DNA from: an uncultured virus (IMG/VR IMGVR_UViG_3300037067_013349)
Lineage: Duplodnaviria > Heunggongvirae > Uroviricota > Caudoviricetes
Direction: 5' to 3' (one strand)
DNA: 43,790 nucleotides
IMG/VR virus record: IMGVR_UViG_3300037067_013349
Position numbers and translations under genes: made by a program. The notes below the pieces were generated by a model. That model ran no database searches. It was not told the origin of the DNA and saw only the letters and a program-made list of their open reading frames with translations. This document shows, in pieces, positions 1 to 11,600 of the stretch. Each line of letters opens with the position of its first letter. Positions within the stretch are counted from its first letter, which is position 1.

Positions 1-366
1 ATCATCGCTAATATCTTCTATTATTTCGATGCAATGGATAAAGCCAACCTTTTTGACGTCCAATCCGATTGTAAGATTGGAAAGTTCTGGGATGACCTCA
101 AATATCTTCTTCCAGAACAAGTACCTTGGCAGCTCTCTCTTTGTCGAGATGGCCGTACCAAATGGTGTATTAAGTATTTGTCCGCGAGCCATCATATCAT
201 CGTAGAGGCCCAATACTTCTTCTAAGTGCTCCTTCGGTATACGCCAACTTCGTGGTTCTTTTTTCTTCTTTGTTGGAACTGATGCTACTTGTTTTCTCTT
301 ATAGACAATAGCTACTAATATGCCAACACAAACGCTGAAGATAATACAAGATATAGCTATGACCAT
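1..366 (-). CDS. Hypothetical membrane-anchored protein, partial (runs off the left edge)
   Basis: Hand-translated ATG at 366: MVIAISCIIFSVCVGILVAIVYKRKQ..., open to position 1; N-terminal hydrophobic helix followed by a basic patch. Confidence 0.7.
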   Translation of the reverse strand, partial: MVIAISCIIFSVCVGILVAIVYKRKQVASVPTKKKKEPRSWRIPKEHLEEVLGLYDDMMARGQILNTPFGTAISTKRELPRYLFWKKIFEVIPELSNLTIGLDVKKVGFIHCIEIIEDISDD

Positions 367-367
367 T

Positions 368-1072
368 TTAGTATCCACTTAGATCGGCTTTTCCTAGGAC
401 TGGCCCCGTAATTTGCTTCTTTACTTTCGGCGTATGTTGTCTAACGACGGGATTGGCAATGAGGCTACCAACGAGTGCAGTCCCTAAACATCGGCCAGTT
501 AGAGAAACGATTCTCACTCTCTCTGGATTAGTACCAGCAAGAGCGGCCATTAGTGACTCTTGCGTCAATGTATGGAGATGGTACTCATCAACCGGCGTAT
601 TGAGCCATTCGAAAATCCGAATTCTTCTGCCAATCTTTTTAGCATTTTGTAAGACTAGCGTCGGATCTTCTACATGTTGTAGACAGTTATAAATCCACAC
701 TTCATCGGCAATCGGCAAATCACCGATTTCTTCACCGCCCTTGTTAATGAATTCGATGTTGTACATCTCATATCGACGAAAAACGGATGGTGGCCATGGA
801 ATCGGATCGACAGCTGTTAATTTGCCTGCATTATAGCAACGAAGCAGCAACGACCATGGACCAGAACCGATGTCGATGATTGAGGCACCATCAAGATCAA
901 TATCTCCGTGCTCATCACCGTATTCATCAAATATACCCATTTCTTGGGCGTAGGTCGTCTGCTTGACAATTTCGCCTAGAGCGTTCATGTCGTAACAGTT
1001 ACCCCAAAATTCAGCTTCTGCTGCTCGACGACGTTGAATATCCGCTTCGTTAGTCATTTTCTCTGCAACCAT
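368..1072 (-). CDS. Class I SAM-dependent methyltransferase
   Basis: IIDIGSGP motif I, AVDP motif II, NCLQHVEDP motif. Confidence 0.8.
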   Translation of the reverse strand: MVAEKMTNEADIQRRRAAEAEFWGNCYDMNALGEIVKQTTYAQEMGIFDEYGDEHGDIDLDGASIIDIGSGPWSLLLRCYNAGKLTAVDPIPWPPSVFRRYEMYNIEFINKGGEEIGDLPIADEVWIYNCLQHVEDPTLVLQNAKKIGRRIRIFEWLNTPVDEYHLHTLTQESLMAALAGTNPERVRIVSLTGRCLGTALVGSLIANPVVRQHTPKVKKQITGPVLGKADLSGY

Positions 1073-1085
1073 GTTGTTATGGCCC

Positions 1086-1319
1086 TTATCTATGGACCTT
1101 CCTTATTTTCGAGCCAATACTAAACGGAGATCGCTCAGCTTTCTCTACCAGATTATTAAAAGCTTGATCTCGTGATTTTTCAGTGGCATACCAATCACAT
1201 CTTCCATACCAGCATCCAAACAACATTCTAAAATACTCTATGCCGAAAGGTTTCTTCTTAGGGGCTTTCTTTTGATGATGTGGAGCATCATCAAATTCTA
1301 GATCAGCATTTCTGCTCAT
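1086..1319 (-). CDS. Hypothetical protein
   Basis: 77-aa ORF overlapping the upstream stop (ATGA coupling) in a minus-strand run. Confidence 0.6.
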   Translation of the reverse strand: MSRNADLEFDDAPHHQKKAPKKKPFGIEYFRMLFGCWYGRCDWYATEKSRDQAFNNLVEKAERSPFSIGSKIRKVHR

Positions 1320-1819
1320 CGTGCCTCCAAGAACGCGGTGGTTCCAACTACACGTGCAATATCATAGTTATGTGATTTACAAAAATCATTTACTGCTCGA
1401 ATAACAGCTCTGGCAGCAGTGCGTCGAAGTGTCGCTTTCGCAAAATCGTGTACTGCGATGGTACTACCTGGTTTCATAACCAGTAAGCTGACTTCTAAAT
1501 CGCGATAGCACGAATGATACGAATGATCGCCATCTACGATTATTATATCAAACGTCGGGGCGACCCGCAATAATAATAAGTCATCGACCGTACCAGTCAA
1601 TAACCGCATATTTGGTAGCCGATTGTCGTACCATTTTAACCCAGCTCGCTTCCAGTGTAAAGGATCTATACTGAAGAAGACAGAATCAGGACGAGCGGCA
1701 GCCCATTGTGCAACAGTAACTCCATGAAATGTACCAATTTCCAATACCACACTGTGGGCGGGTATTATCTCTAAAATAGCTTCGACTTCCTCCGGAAGCA
1801 TTAACGACTTGTTTTCCAC
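1316..1819 (-). CDS. SAM-dependent methyltransferase (Methyltransf_24-like)
   Basis: VLEIGTFHG, SIDP, DIIIVDGDHSY and KPGSTIAVHD motifs. Confidence 0.85.
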   Translation of the reverse strand: MENKSLMLPEEVEAILEIIPAHSVVLEIGTFHGVTVAQWAAARPDSVFFSIDPLHWKRAGLKWYDNRLPNMRLLTGTVDDLLLLRVAPTFDIIIVDGDHSYHSCYRDLEVSLLVMKPGSTIAVHDFAKATLRRTAARAVIRAVNDFCKSHNYDIARVVGTTAFLEAR

Positions 1820-1830
1820 TGAAATTCCCG

Positions 1831-2007
1831 TTATTGGTAATGGGCTCCGACGACTGGTCTGGTGTCGTGTGGTACTTTTACGGTTTTACAACAATAATGT
1901 TTTGTAGATTTACTTTTACTTCTTTGCATTTTCGCAAGATGCCGTTGTTTAATCTCTTCTGCTTCAGCATTTATTTGTTCTTCGCTTGGTGTGTATGGGT
2001 ATTTCAT
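1831..2007 (-). CDS. Small hypothetical protein (likely start MKYPY at 2007)
   Basis: C-terminal part of the 1831..2115 ORF; the longer start overlaps the divergent gene. Confidence 0.45.
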   Translation of the reverse strand: MKYPYTPSEEQINAEAEEIKQRHLAKMQRSKSKSTKHYCCKTVKVPHDTRPVVGAHYQ

Positions 2008-2100
2008 AGTGTATCTTTCGGCGGCAAAACCTTTTACATACATCGGAATAATATATTGTGTGAAGCCGACTTGTAGTGTATAATAGTACTGGAGAAACTG

Positions 2101-2859
2101 GTGGTTGAATACCAACTAATAAATGCTAATTGCTTAGATTTATTTGATACATTTCCTGATCGCCGTTGGGATACGATTTTTGCAGATCCTCCTGATGGCA
2201 TCAATCTGAAATATGCAACATATAACGATAGGATTCCTGAAGAAGAATACGTTCGTCTGCTTCAGAAATGGTTGATTCATTTTATTTCGCGGGCTAATAC
2301 AGTCTGGTTTTCATACAACGCAAAATGGAGCTTTCGCATTGGCACCGTAATCGATCATATAACCGAAGCTAACAGCGAAATAGAAGCAAAATCGTGTGTG
2401 CAAGTGTTCACATTCGGTCGACATAATCAGAAAGATTTAGCTAACGATTTTAGGCCATTAGCTCGTTTGCGATGGAGAAGTGCACCGTTATATCCTGACG
2501 ATATTCGTATCCCATCATGGCGTTTGGCCAATGGAGACAAGCGTGCTGATCCTCGTGGCAGGGTGCCAGGAGATGTGTTTCACTTTCCACGAGTAACGGG
2601 GAATTCAAAACAACGGAGAAGATGGTGTCCAACTCAATTACACGAAGGCTTAATTGAGCGATGCCTTAGAATGACCACGCCCGCAAATGGAACAGTGCTC
2701 GATCCTTTCGCTGGCACAGGAACGGTATTACGAGTTTGCAAACAACTTGGATATTCATGCACCTCAACAGAAATCGAGACATTATACTGCGATGAAATAG
2801 CAAAGGAGCACGAATTAAGAGTGAGTTATTTGAATGCTACCAATACAAATAGAGCTTAA
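2101..2859 (+). CDS. DNA N6-adenine/N4-cytosine methyltransferase, beta class
   Basis: FADPPD (DPPY-like) precedes VLDPFAGTGT; PTQLHEGLIERCL segment typical of the family. Confidence 0.85.
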   Translation: MVEYQLINANCLDLFDTFPDRRWDTIFADPPDGINLKYATYNDRIPEEEYVRLLQKWLIHFISRANTVWFSYNAKWSFRIGTVIDHITEANSEIEAKSCVQVFTFGRHNQKDLANDFRPLARLRWRSAPLYPDDIRIPSWRLANGDKRADPRGRVPGDVFHFPRVTGNSKQRRRWCPTQLHEGLIERCLRMTTPANGTVLDPFAGTGTVLRVCKQLGYSCTSTEIETLYCDEIAKEHELRVSYLNATNTNRA

Positions 2860-3082
2860 TGGCTCCGATCGCTACGCTATCGTTGATGCACTATCGAATC
2901 TTAGGTGTAGTAAAGGAATACATCAGTCTCATATAGCACGGAGAATCAGATGCACTCAAAGCAAGGTATCCAAACTAGAAAATGGGACTGACAACAAACT
3001 TAACCTTCTGGATTTGCATAGGTATGTAGAAGCCATTGGCTGTAGATTGACTATAACGATATCGGACAGTGATAATGAATAA
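2834..3082 (+). CDS. XRE-family helix-turn-helix protein
   Basis: GIHQSHIARRIRCTQSKVSKLENG HTH pattern; YVEAIGCRL tail. Confidence 0.8.
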   Translation: MLPIQIELNGSDRYAIVDALSNLRCSKGIHQSHIARRIRCTQSKVSKLENGTDNKLNLLDLHRYVEAIGCRLTITISDSDNE

Positions 3083-3473
3083 GATGATGGCCAAAATGGA
3101 CCCATGCCCATATTGCGGTGCGAAAGTCACTTTGAGAGATTCGTCCGTAGTTTATGGTAAATCATATGGCAAGATGTGGATATGTTCCAATTGGCCGAAG
3201 TGTGACGCCTACGTAGGCTGCCAACGAGGCTCTGACAAACCGTTGGGGCGACTAGCCAACCCAGAGCTTAGATATTGGAAGAAGCAAGCGCATTCCAAGT
3301 TTGATAAGCTTTGGCACAGTGGAGAGATGAGCCGCGCAGAAGCATATTTGTGGTTGTCCCGCTCATTAGATATACCACAAAATGAATGCCATATAGGTAT
3401 GTTCGATATAGATAAATGCAAAGCTGTTTGTGAGGCTGTCAAGAACTATCATCAATCGCAGGGTCACATATGA
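3069..3473 (+). CDS. Zinc-finger protein (DUF3268-like)
   Basis: CPYCG...C..WPKCDAYVGC, PLGRLAN, AH..FD.LW, CHIGMFD motifs. Confidence 0.8.
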   Translation: MIMNKMMAKMDPCPYCGAKVTLRDSSVVYGKSYGKMWICSNWPKCDAYVGCQRGSDKPLGRLANPELRYWKKQAHSKFDKLWHSGEMSRAEAYLWLSRSLDIPQNECHIGMFDIDKCKAVCEAVKNYHQSQGHI

Positions 3474-4279
3474 AGTTAGCATGGGCAAGCGACATACATC
3501 TGAACTTCGCTGATGATATACAACAGAGATGGTTTTTACACAATGCAAAAGAACGTGCTGACGCTTTAGTTATTAGCGGAGATATTGGGGAGAGTGAAAC
3601 GTTACATCAAACACTCAAACGAATCAGCAATATCTTCGGAAAGCCTGTTTATTTCGTGTTGGGGAATCATGATTTTTATAGGGGATCTATAGAACGAACG
3701 AAGCGTACGGCATCTAGGTGTGCATATACCACACAAAATATGTTCTACCTAAGCAACAATCCAACAATCGAATTGTCACCAACAACTGCGATGGTCGGGC
3801 ACGACGGATGGGCAGACGGTAGGTTTGGAAATTTTGATGATTCAGATGTCATTCTGAACGATTTTATATTGATCAAAGAGTTAGACTTCTATCAATATGG
3901 AGAGTTAGATAAAGAAGCAATGCGGCCAGTGCTTGAGAAACTCGGCGATGAAGCAGCACGGTATATCGCACTGGCTCTATTCTCAGCAGCACACAAATAC
4001 AAAAAGGTATATGTTGTAACACATGTACCACCTTTTCGTGAAGCCACATGGCACAACGGACAACAATCTGATGACAATTTTCTTCCATACTTCTCATGCA
4101 AGGCTATGGGTGACGCCATTCTGAAAGTCGCAAATGAATGTCCAAAATGCCAAATAGTTGTGCTATGTGGCCATACGCATAGCTCAGGTGAAGTAACTAT
4201 AGCTCCCAACTTGCAAGTCCTAACGGCACCAGGAAAATATGGCCACCCTGAAATATATCGCATATTTAATATTCAATAG
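3470..4279 (+). CDS. Calcineurin-like metallophosphoesterase
   Basis: SDIH, SGDIGE, GNHD, THVPP and CGHTH motifs. Confidence 0.9.
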   Translation: MKLAWASDIHLNFADDIQQRWFLHNAKERADALVISGDIGESETLHQTLKRISNIFGKPVYFVLGNHDFYRGSIERTKRTASRCAYTTQNMFYLSNNPTIELSPTTAMVGHDGWADGRFGNFDDSDVILNDFILIKELDFYQYGELDKEAMRPVLEKLGDEAARYIALALFSAAHKYKKVYVVTHVPPFREATWHNGQQSDDNFLPYFSCKAMGDAILKVANECPKCQIVVLCGHTHSSGEVTIAPNLQVLTAPGKYGHPEIYRIFNIQ

Positions 4280-4541
4280 TCCGGTTCAATATGCCGCTTT
4301 ATTGATAGTCGGCGGTTTGATTTTTATATTCTTAGACACGTGGGTCGTCATTTTCTTCTGTTCGATCTGCGTTCATAATCTTTATATGATATTCAGAAAC
4401 GACAGAGTTTTTAAATTCAGAAGGAAGATGTTATATGACGACCTATGCGTCTATCTTTCATTACCAGATTACAACTATATGCTTTATCATTTCTGGGTCT
4501 GGCCACTAAAAAGATTTATACCCAAGAATCGTCGTAATTAA
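4239..4541 (+). CDS. Hypothetical membrane protein
   Basis: Hydrophobic stretches; in a plus-strand gene run. Confidence 0.5.
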   Translation: MATLKYIAYLIFNSPVQYAALLIVGGLIFIFLDTWVVIFFCSICVHNLYMIFRNDRVFKFRRKMLYDDLCVYLSLPDYNYMLYHFWVWPLKRFIPKNRRN

Positions 4542-4556
4542 CTGATATAGATTCTA

Positions 4557-5669
4557 GTGCTACAACGTAAGATTACCGTTACACCGCTTCTATCGGGGGT
4601 TATTATGCACGCGACACCTACAACCGACGAGTGGGTTGCTCTTTATCTGTCTGCTGAAAAAGCGGATCGCATAAGAGCAGGAAGAATGGTTACGTACATG
4701 TCGAAAGGTCAAGTTCAAGATGTAAAGACTGAACTTGACCGGCAAGGAATCGAAATCAAGGGTAAGCTATTAGAGCGACTGCAAATCACTGGTGGCGACC
4801 CAGTATCTAGCAACGGTAACGGCAAAGCCGAAACTAAGAAGATTTTTTGGGGCGATGATGAGTGGGACTTCGTAGTATCACGAGTATCATCATTAAGCCT
4901 CAAAGAGCCAACGGCTAGCATGAAAAGCTTGGCTGAACGCATCATGAAGATGATGCCGGAAGATCAACGGAGGTCGGCACATGCTGGTCTCATATCTGAA
5001 CTCCATAAGCGATTGGCCGCATACAATAGAAGTCATTGGTTACATGTTGAGCAGGAACTCACTACCGCAAAGTCGGAGTTAGCTCGACGCGCAGAGGCAA
5101 TGACAAGAGAGCAAGTCATTGCCTCTCTCACAGAAGAAGAAATTGGGCAATTTCGCCAACGCATCATCGACAATATGACAGCTGATGATTTATGTTCACA
5201 ATTTCCTGAACATGTCATCTTAGATTGTCTATCACAAGAAACAATAATCGCTCATGCATTTGTCAGAACAATTTCATCAATGAATCGTCATTCGACGCTG
5301 ATGGAAGAGAACCTGACTATGTTAGCTCGATTGCTAGCAGAGTTGCCGCAAGAAAAAATGCGACGTCAGGTGCAAGAGGCGAAAAATGCACCGGCCAGAT
5401 TGCCACAGGTAGCATTTGTCGGCTTCAAAACCGACCAAATAGCTATCATAGCCGACGCTCTGAAAGGACGCATCAGAATTGACGTTGTTGACAAGAATCG
5501 TAGTAGGTTCGATTCACAGGCCGAAGTCATCATCATTTGGACGAAGTTTATATCTCACTCATTTGAGAAGTCAGTCGTCCAAAACATGAAGCCAGGAGCG
5601 CGATTGATACGGTTCTCCGGTGGACTCGAAAATGCTGCCAAAGAAATCAGTAGAGCACTAAAATCTTAA
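4557..5669 (+). CDS. Hypothetical protein (C-terminal DUF2325-like alpha/beta domain); true start may be 4605
   Basis: 370-aa ORF; C-terminus VAFVG...IIIWTKFISHS...FSGG. Confidence 0.7.
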   Translation: MLQRKITVTPLLSGVIMHATPTTDEWVALYLSAEKADRIRAGRMVTYMSKGQVQDVKTELDRQGIEIKGKLLERLQITGGDPVSSNGNGKAETKKIFWGDDEWDFVVSRVSSLSLKEPTASMKSLAERIMKMMPEDQRRSAHAGLISELHKRLAAYNRSHWLHVEQELTTAKSELARRAEAMTREQVIASLTEEEIGQFRQRIIDNMTADDLCSQFPEHVILDCLSQETIIAHAFVRTISSMNRHSTLMEENLTMLARLLAELPQEKMRRQVQEAKNAPARLPQVAFVGFKTDQIAIIADALKGRIRIDVVDKNRSRFDSQAEVIIIWTKFISHSFEKSVVQNMKPGARLIRFSGGLENAAKEISRALKS

Positions 5670-8600
5670 CTATTCTTCGGCTGTCAAAATACCGTCCGTG
5701 AACGTTAATTTTCTCGTCGGTGATCCACCACTGGTATCTGAAACGTAATACACTTTCGTTCCAGCTAATCCTGATGGTACAGGACCAGTAGCACCAGAGG
5801 CACCAGCAATACCTGAGGCACCATCTATACCGGTTGCTCCTGATGCACCGTCTATGCCAGTGGCACCTGTAGCTCCAGTTTCACCTTGAGGCCCAGAAGC
5901 TCCGCCCGGATCACCTTGGGGGCCGGTTGCTCCTGATGCACCATCTATGCCAGTGGCACCCGTTAATCCAATGTCACCCTGAGGACCCGTTGATCCTGTA
6001 GCACCAGTAGCCCCCGTTAAACCAACAGGACCAGTCGAGCCAGTCGCACCAATGGCTCCCGTTTCGCCCTGAGGACCCGTTGATCCTGTAGCTCCCGTTT
6101 CACCCTGCGGACCAGAAGCCCCTCCAGGATCTCCCTGCGGGCCAGTAGCACCTGAGGCACCATCTATGCCCGTGGCTCCCGTTTCGCCCTGAGGACCCGT
6201 TGAACCTGTGGCTCCAGTTTCACCTTGAGGACCAGAAGCACCACCAGGATCGCCTTGGGGACCGGTAGCCCCTGTGGCACCCAGATCTCCTGTAGCTCCT
6301 TGAGGGCCAGTAGAGCCAGTGGCTCCTGTTTCACCCTGCGGACCAGAAGCACCACCAGGATCACCTTGGGGACCGGTAGCCCCTGTGGCACCGACTGAAC
6401 CCGGATCTCCTGTGGCTCCCGTGTCGCCCTGAGGACCGGTCGCACCGTCTATGCCAGTAGCACCTGTGGCTCCAGCTTCACCCTGTGGTCCGGAAGCCCC
6501 TCCGGGATCGCCTTGAGGTCCGGTGGCACCAGAAGCACCACTAGCGCCATCAATACCAGTAGCTCCTATTTCTCCTTGCGGACCGGTAGATCCTTGGACA
6601 CCGGTAGCACCAGAGGCACCGCTAGCTCCGTACGGACCCATTAAGCCTGTAGCGCCTGTTAAACCGATATCACCCTGCGGACCGGTAGCACCAGTAGCTC
6701 CCGTTTCACCTTGTGGTCCGGAAGCCCCTCCGGGATCGCCTTGAGGTCCGGTAGCGCCAGAAGCACCAGGATCTCCGGTGGCTCCGGTTTCGCCTTGAAC
6801 TCCACTGGCACCGTCTATGCCGCTTGCTCCTTGGACTCCACTAGCTCCATCGATACCGCTTGCACCGATATCACCCGTAGTTCCTGTTTCACCCTGAGGA
6901 CCCGTTGAGCCTGTGGCTCCCGTTTCACCCTGCGGACCAGAAGCCCCTCCAGGATCTCCCTGCGGGCCAGTAGCACCTGAGGCACCGGAAGCTCCCTGCG
7001 GACCGCTTGCACCAGTTGCGCCTGTCGCTCCTGTTTCACCCTGCGGACCAGAAGCCCCTCCAGGATCTCCCTGCGGGCCAGTAGCACCAGTTGCTCCTGT
7101 TTCACCTTGAGGGCCTGAGGCACCACCAGTATCACCTTGTGGGCCTGTAGCGCCTGAAGCCCCATCTATACCAGTTGCGCCTGCGTCACCTTGAGATCCT
7201 GTCGCACCGGTTTCACCTTGTACTCCTGATGCGCCTGCTTCTCCGGTTATACCGCTAGCTCCTTGAGTACCGGTAGCACCTGAAGCGCCTGAGGCACCAT
7301 CAATACCAGTGGCACCTGCTTCTCCTTGAGGGCCAGAAGCACCGCCAGTGGGACCTTGCGGTCCTGTAGATCCGGTTGCGCCAATATCACCGGTGTCGCC
7401 AGTGTGGCCAGTAGCCCCGGAAGCACCTGGAAAACCAGTATAACCTTGTTCTCCCTGTGGGCCAGTAGCACCTGAGGCACCACTGGCACCATCGATGCCG
7501 GTGGCTCCTGTTAGTCCAATGTCGCCTTGTACACCAGTAGCACCTGAAGCTCCTGAAGCACCAGTCAGACCAGCACCAGTCGCACCAGTGAGGCCAGTAA
7601 AACCTGTAGCACCAGAAGCACCAGAATATCCGGTATATCCACTAGCGCCTTGAGCGCCTGAAGCTCCTATACCAGAAGCTCCCTGGGTACCCGTAGCACC
7701 TGAAGCACCTGAAGCACCATCGATACCAGTGGCACCAGTAAGACCTGTTTCACCTTGTGGGCCTGTAGCACCTGAAGCCCCGCTAGCTCCATCGATACCA
7801 GTAGCACCCGTGTCTCCGACACCTGAGGCACCTTGGACACCCGTAGCACCTGAGGCACCTGAAGCGCCATCGATACCAGTGGCACCTGAAGGGCCAACAA
7901 GACCGGTAGCACCAGTAGCTCCCGTTAAACCAACAGGACCAGTCGAGCCAGTCGCACCTACGGGGCCACCAAATGGACCAGAAGCTCCCGTTAGACCAGT
8001 TGCTCCGACAGGACCAGTTGCGCCGGTAGCACCAGCTCCCTGAGGACCAGTACTACCGGTTGCACCTGCATCGCCATCAGCACCAGTTGCGCCGGTTGCA
8101 CCTGCATCGCCATCAGCACCAGAGGCTCCAGCATTTCCTTGAGAACCGGTTGCACCTGCGTCACCAGCAGCACCAGTCGAACCAGTTGCACCAGTAGGGC
8201 CACCAGAAGGACCAGTAGCGCCAGTCGGGCCAGTGATACTAACGCCAGTGGCCCCTGTTGCACCTTTGGAACCAGTAGCACCAGTTGATCCAGCGATACC
8301 GGTTGCTCCTGCTGGACCAGAGGCACCACCAGTTGGGCCTTGTATACCAGTAGCTCCGGTCAAGCCGGTAGCTCCAGCTACTCCAGTCGCCCCGTCACGA
8401 CCGATGCCTGTAGCACCAGTTGCACCAGCTACACCAGTTGAGCCACCTACACCAGTTGAGCCTGTTGAACCAGCAGGGCCGGAAGCTCCACCAGTAGGGC
8501 CGGTTGCTCCCGGCTGCCCGGCAGGACCAGAAGCACCATCAAGACCAACACCAGAGGCACCAACAGGACCACCAGGGCCGGTTGAACCTGTCGCCCCCGT

Positions 8601-11600
8601 TGGACCACCGCCAGGACCAGTAGCACCGGCGGCACCATCAGCACCAGTTGAGCCAGTCGCCCCAAGTCCGCTAGCACCCTGCGGGCCAGTTGAACCGGTA
8701 GCTCCGATTGGGCCACCAGCAGGGCCAGTTGCGCCAGTGAGTCCAATACCAGTAGCACCAGTAGCACCAGTCGGGCCACCAGAAGGGCCGGTAGCACCAG
8801 GAGTGCCAGTTGCACCTGTCGCTCCAATACCAGTAGCTCCAGTTGCACCAGGCAAACTGATTCCAGTCGAGCCGGTTGCTCCTGATGGACCAGACGCACC
8901 ACCAGTAGGACCGGTTGCTCCTATCGGACCCGTCGAGCCCGTGGCACCAGCTCCTGTCGCGCCGATAGGTCCGATTGGTCCCAGCGACCCTTGCGGCCCT
9001 GTCGAGCCAGTCGCCCCTGTCGGACCGCCGCTGGGGCCGGTAGCTCCAGCCGCACCGGTTGCTCCAGAAGCACCAATGATACCAGTTGAAGACCAAGATA
9101 GATTACGATAACCGTCTGTGACTAATACCTGACCGGCTGAGCCGTCGATATTTGGGAATCGCATGTTGCTAATAACAACATTCTTCCCGGTGCCCCATGC
9201 TGAGAGTTGTAAATCCTCCCCAGACACTGAATGGATGACCGATATTTGTAGGCCGCCTGCGTCATCGTATTGTAGCCCAGCACTATCAATTAAACGGCCG
9301 TGAGTACCAGCAAATGGTATCCTATTTGGTGTGAGCCGCGTCCCATCGTTCAGAATAAAGCCTTTACGAGCACCATTAGTTGTGATTGTAAAGTACAGAT
9401 CATCTTGTATGAATTCAACTGCACCAGCTTCTGGTACTGCTAGAACGTCACCAGACTCCATTTTCACCGGTGCATTACCTGGTGCAGCTTTACCAGCTTG
9501 AATATGCAATCTTGCAGTTGGATTATGTATGCCAATACCTGTTTGCTGCCCAGTGACCACAACCGTTTCATCCGCTCTCATTCGCTCCAGTGGATGATAG
9601 AAGTTGGTCAAACGAGTCGCGTTATATTCGGGAACACCAGCGTTATTGTCAAGAGTGACAGTCCCTAACCAGCGATATCCCTTATAGTTGCCACTGGCAA
9701 CGAAGACCGGGACGCCATCTAAGGTTGCAAGACCGTCTGAATCAACTTGTATCCAGTATCCCGCTGCCAAATCGTCCGCGAACACACCAGACGTATGACT
9801 AACGACGCAAGCATACGTGTAGGAATAGAGAACTCTTTGGCCTATTGAATATGATGTCGCGGTAGCCCAATCTTCAATACGGCTCTCAGAAACAGGAGTA
9901 TATTCAACATACTTCAATTCGCCAATAGTAGCAAACCATAGTTGATCTGCACCATCTATCTCCTGCATCGGATATGTGCACGCAGTCACATCAATGCGAT
10001 AAAATCGATATTCTATCGCATTATCGAAAGTGAAATAATCAGACCATATATCAACGCCAGATGGCGGGTCGACATCGGTTCTTGTGTCCAAGACCGACCA
10101 ATTGACATTATCATTCGAGCCAGAAAATGTCCATGTCCTTGGCAGTGATGGATAATAAAGCTTGGCTTTAAATGCGTATTTGTTGATAGCCTTCTTCACA
10201 TATGGACCAAAGTCATATGTGATCCACATAGGCGTTTGGAAAGGATCGCCTGGCGTGTAGCCAGTGCCACCAATTTGAACACCCCATCCCGGATTTCCAG
10301 GCGTGTCTTCTTGGTTGAAAGCGTACCAACCGTACAGATATGTGCCACCGACCTGGACACCAGTTGAACTGGTAATGACCATGTTTGGCGTGGGATCGAC
10401 AAACGACGTCATTACCGCTGTACATGTAGTCGTTCCAGTATTGTATATGCCATCAGACGGTACAAACTTCCAGGGTGCGAACTGAATGTCAAAAGACGTG
10501 GCGTTTACAAATGATGCGAAGACATCATATGTTCTATTGGCAATTAATGGATTTGCACCCATATCATTGACAATATTCGAAACTGTTGGGGCAGTAGCAA
10601 TATTGACGACATCCCAAACACTATTGGTGTCATCATATAACCTAATCAAACTTGATTCTACGAAATTCCAACTTAAAATGGTGGAGCTAGTTATTTTAAG
10701 ATTGCCGCCAACTATGTCGCTGTCAGCAGCGTCTCCGCCATTATCAACCCATGACAAATTACCATAGCCGTCTGTTTGTAGGACTTGGGTTGGAAGGCCG
10801 TTATCTCTTGGAAGATCAAGCGCACCTAATATAATATTACCAATCGTTCCTGCCGCGATTGAGATGTCGCCTGTGTCTTTCTTCCTCTCAACAATGTTGT
10901 AAAAATTGCCTATCAATGAGTTATTGAAATAAGGTGTACCAGCTATATCATATAACGACAATATCCCAAGCCATCTGTATCCTTTGAAATCTCCAGAATT
11001 GGCATAGACAGGAACACCATCAAAAACGCCTAGCCCACATGCTTCAACCAAAATCCACAAACCGCTTGCTAAATCTGTAGCAAAATCACCTGAAGTATGA
11101 GCAGAGAGGCATGCATAGACGCTATCGTGAATAACTCTATCGCCAACATTATAAGCTGTACCAGTTTCCCAATAGCTGGCTCTTGAATTAGCTGGAACAC
11201 CGCGTACGAGCTTAATCTCATTTAGCTCAACATACATCGCCCCATAACCAGCGTCTGCGGGGCAATTGGTGATGAGCTTATAATAGCGATAAGCTATTCC
11301 ATTAGAAAATGTATAATAAGCACTCCATGTTTGATCACCTGGGCCACTTATGCCGGTTCTCGAATCCAACAGAACGTAATCGACGCCGTTCTTTGAGCCG
11401 TAGAGGGAGAATTCGGTTGGAAACGCTCCATTGTCGTTTGCCCGTAAAGCATATTTATTAACAATGGTTGGAATGTTGAAGTCGTATTGTATCCAAGCTG
11501 AGGTAGCTAGCGGAATTGGTGTTGATGACCAGCAACGAGCCACATCGTCACTAAAAGCGTTCCAAGCATCATATAGTTCACTACTTGCACTACTGACCTG

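Noticed and set aside
6164..9111. Numerous long alternative-frame ORFs (PVAP-rich, VLLV-rich, WCYW-rich)
   Set aside because: Shadow frames of the collagen repeat
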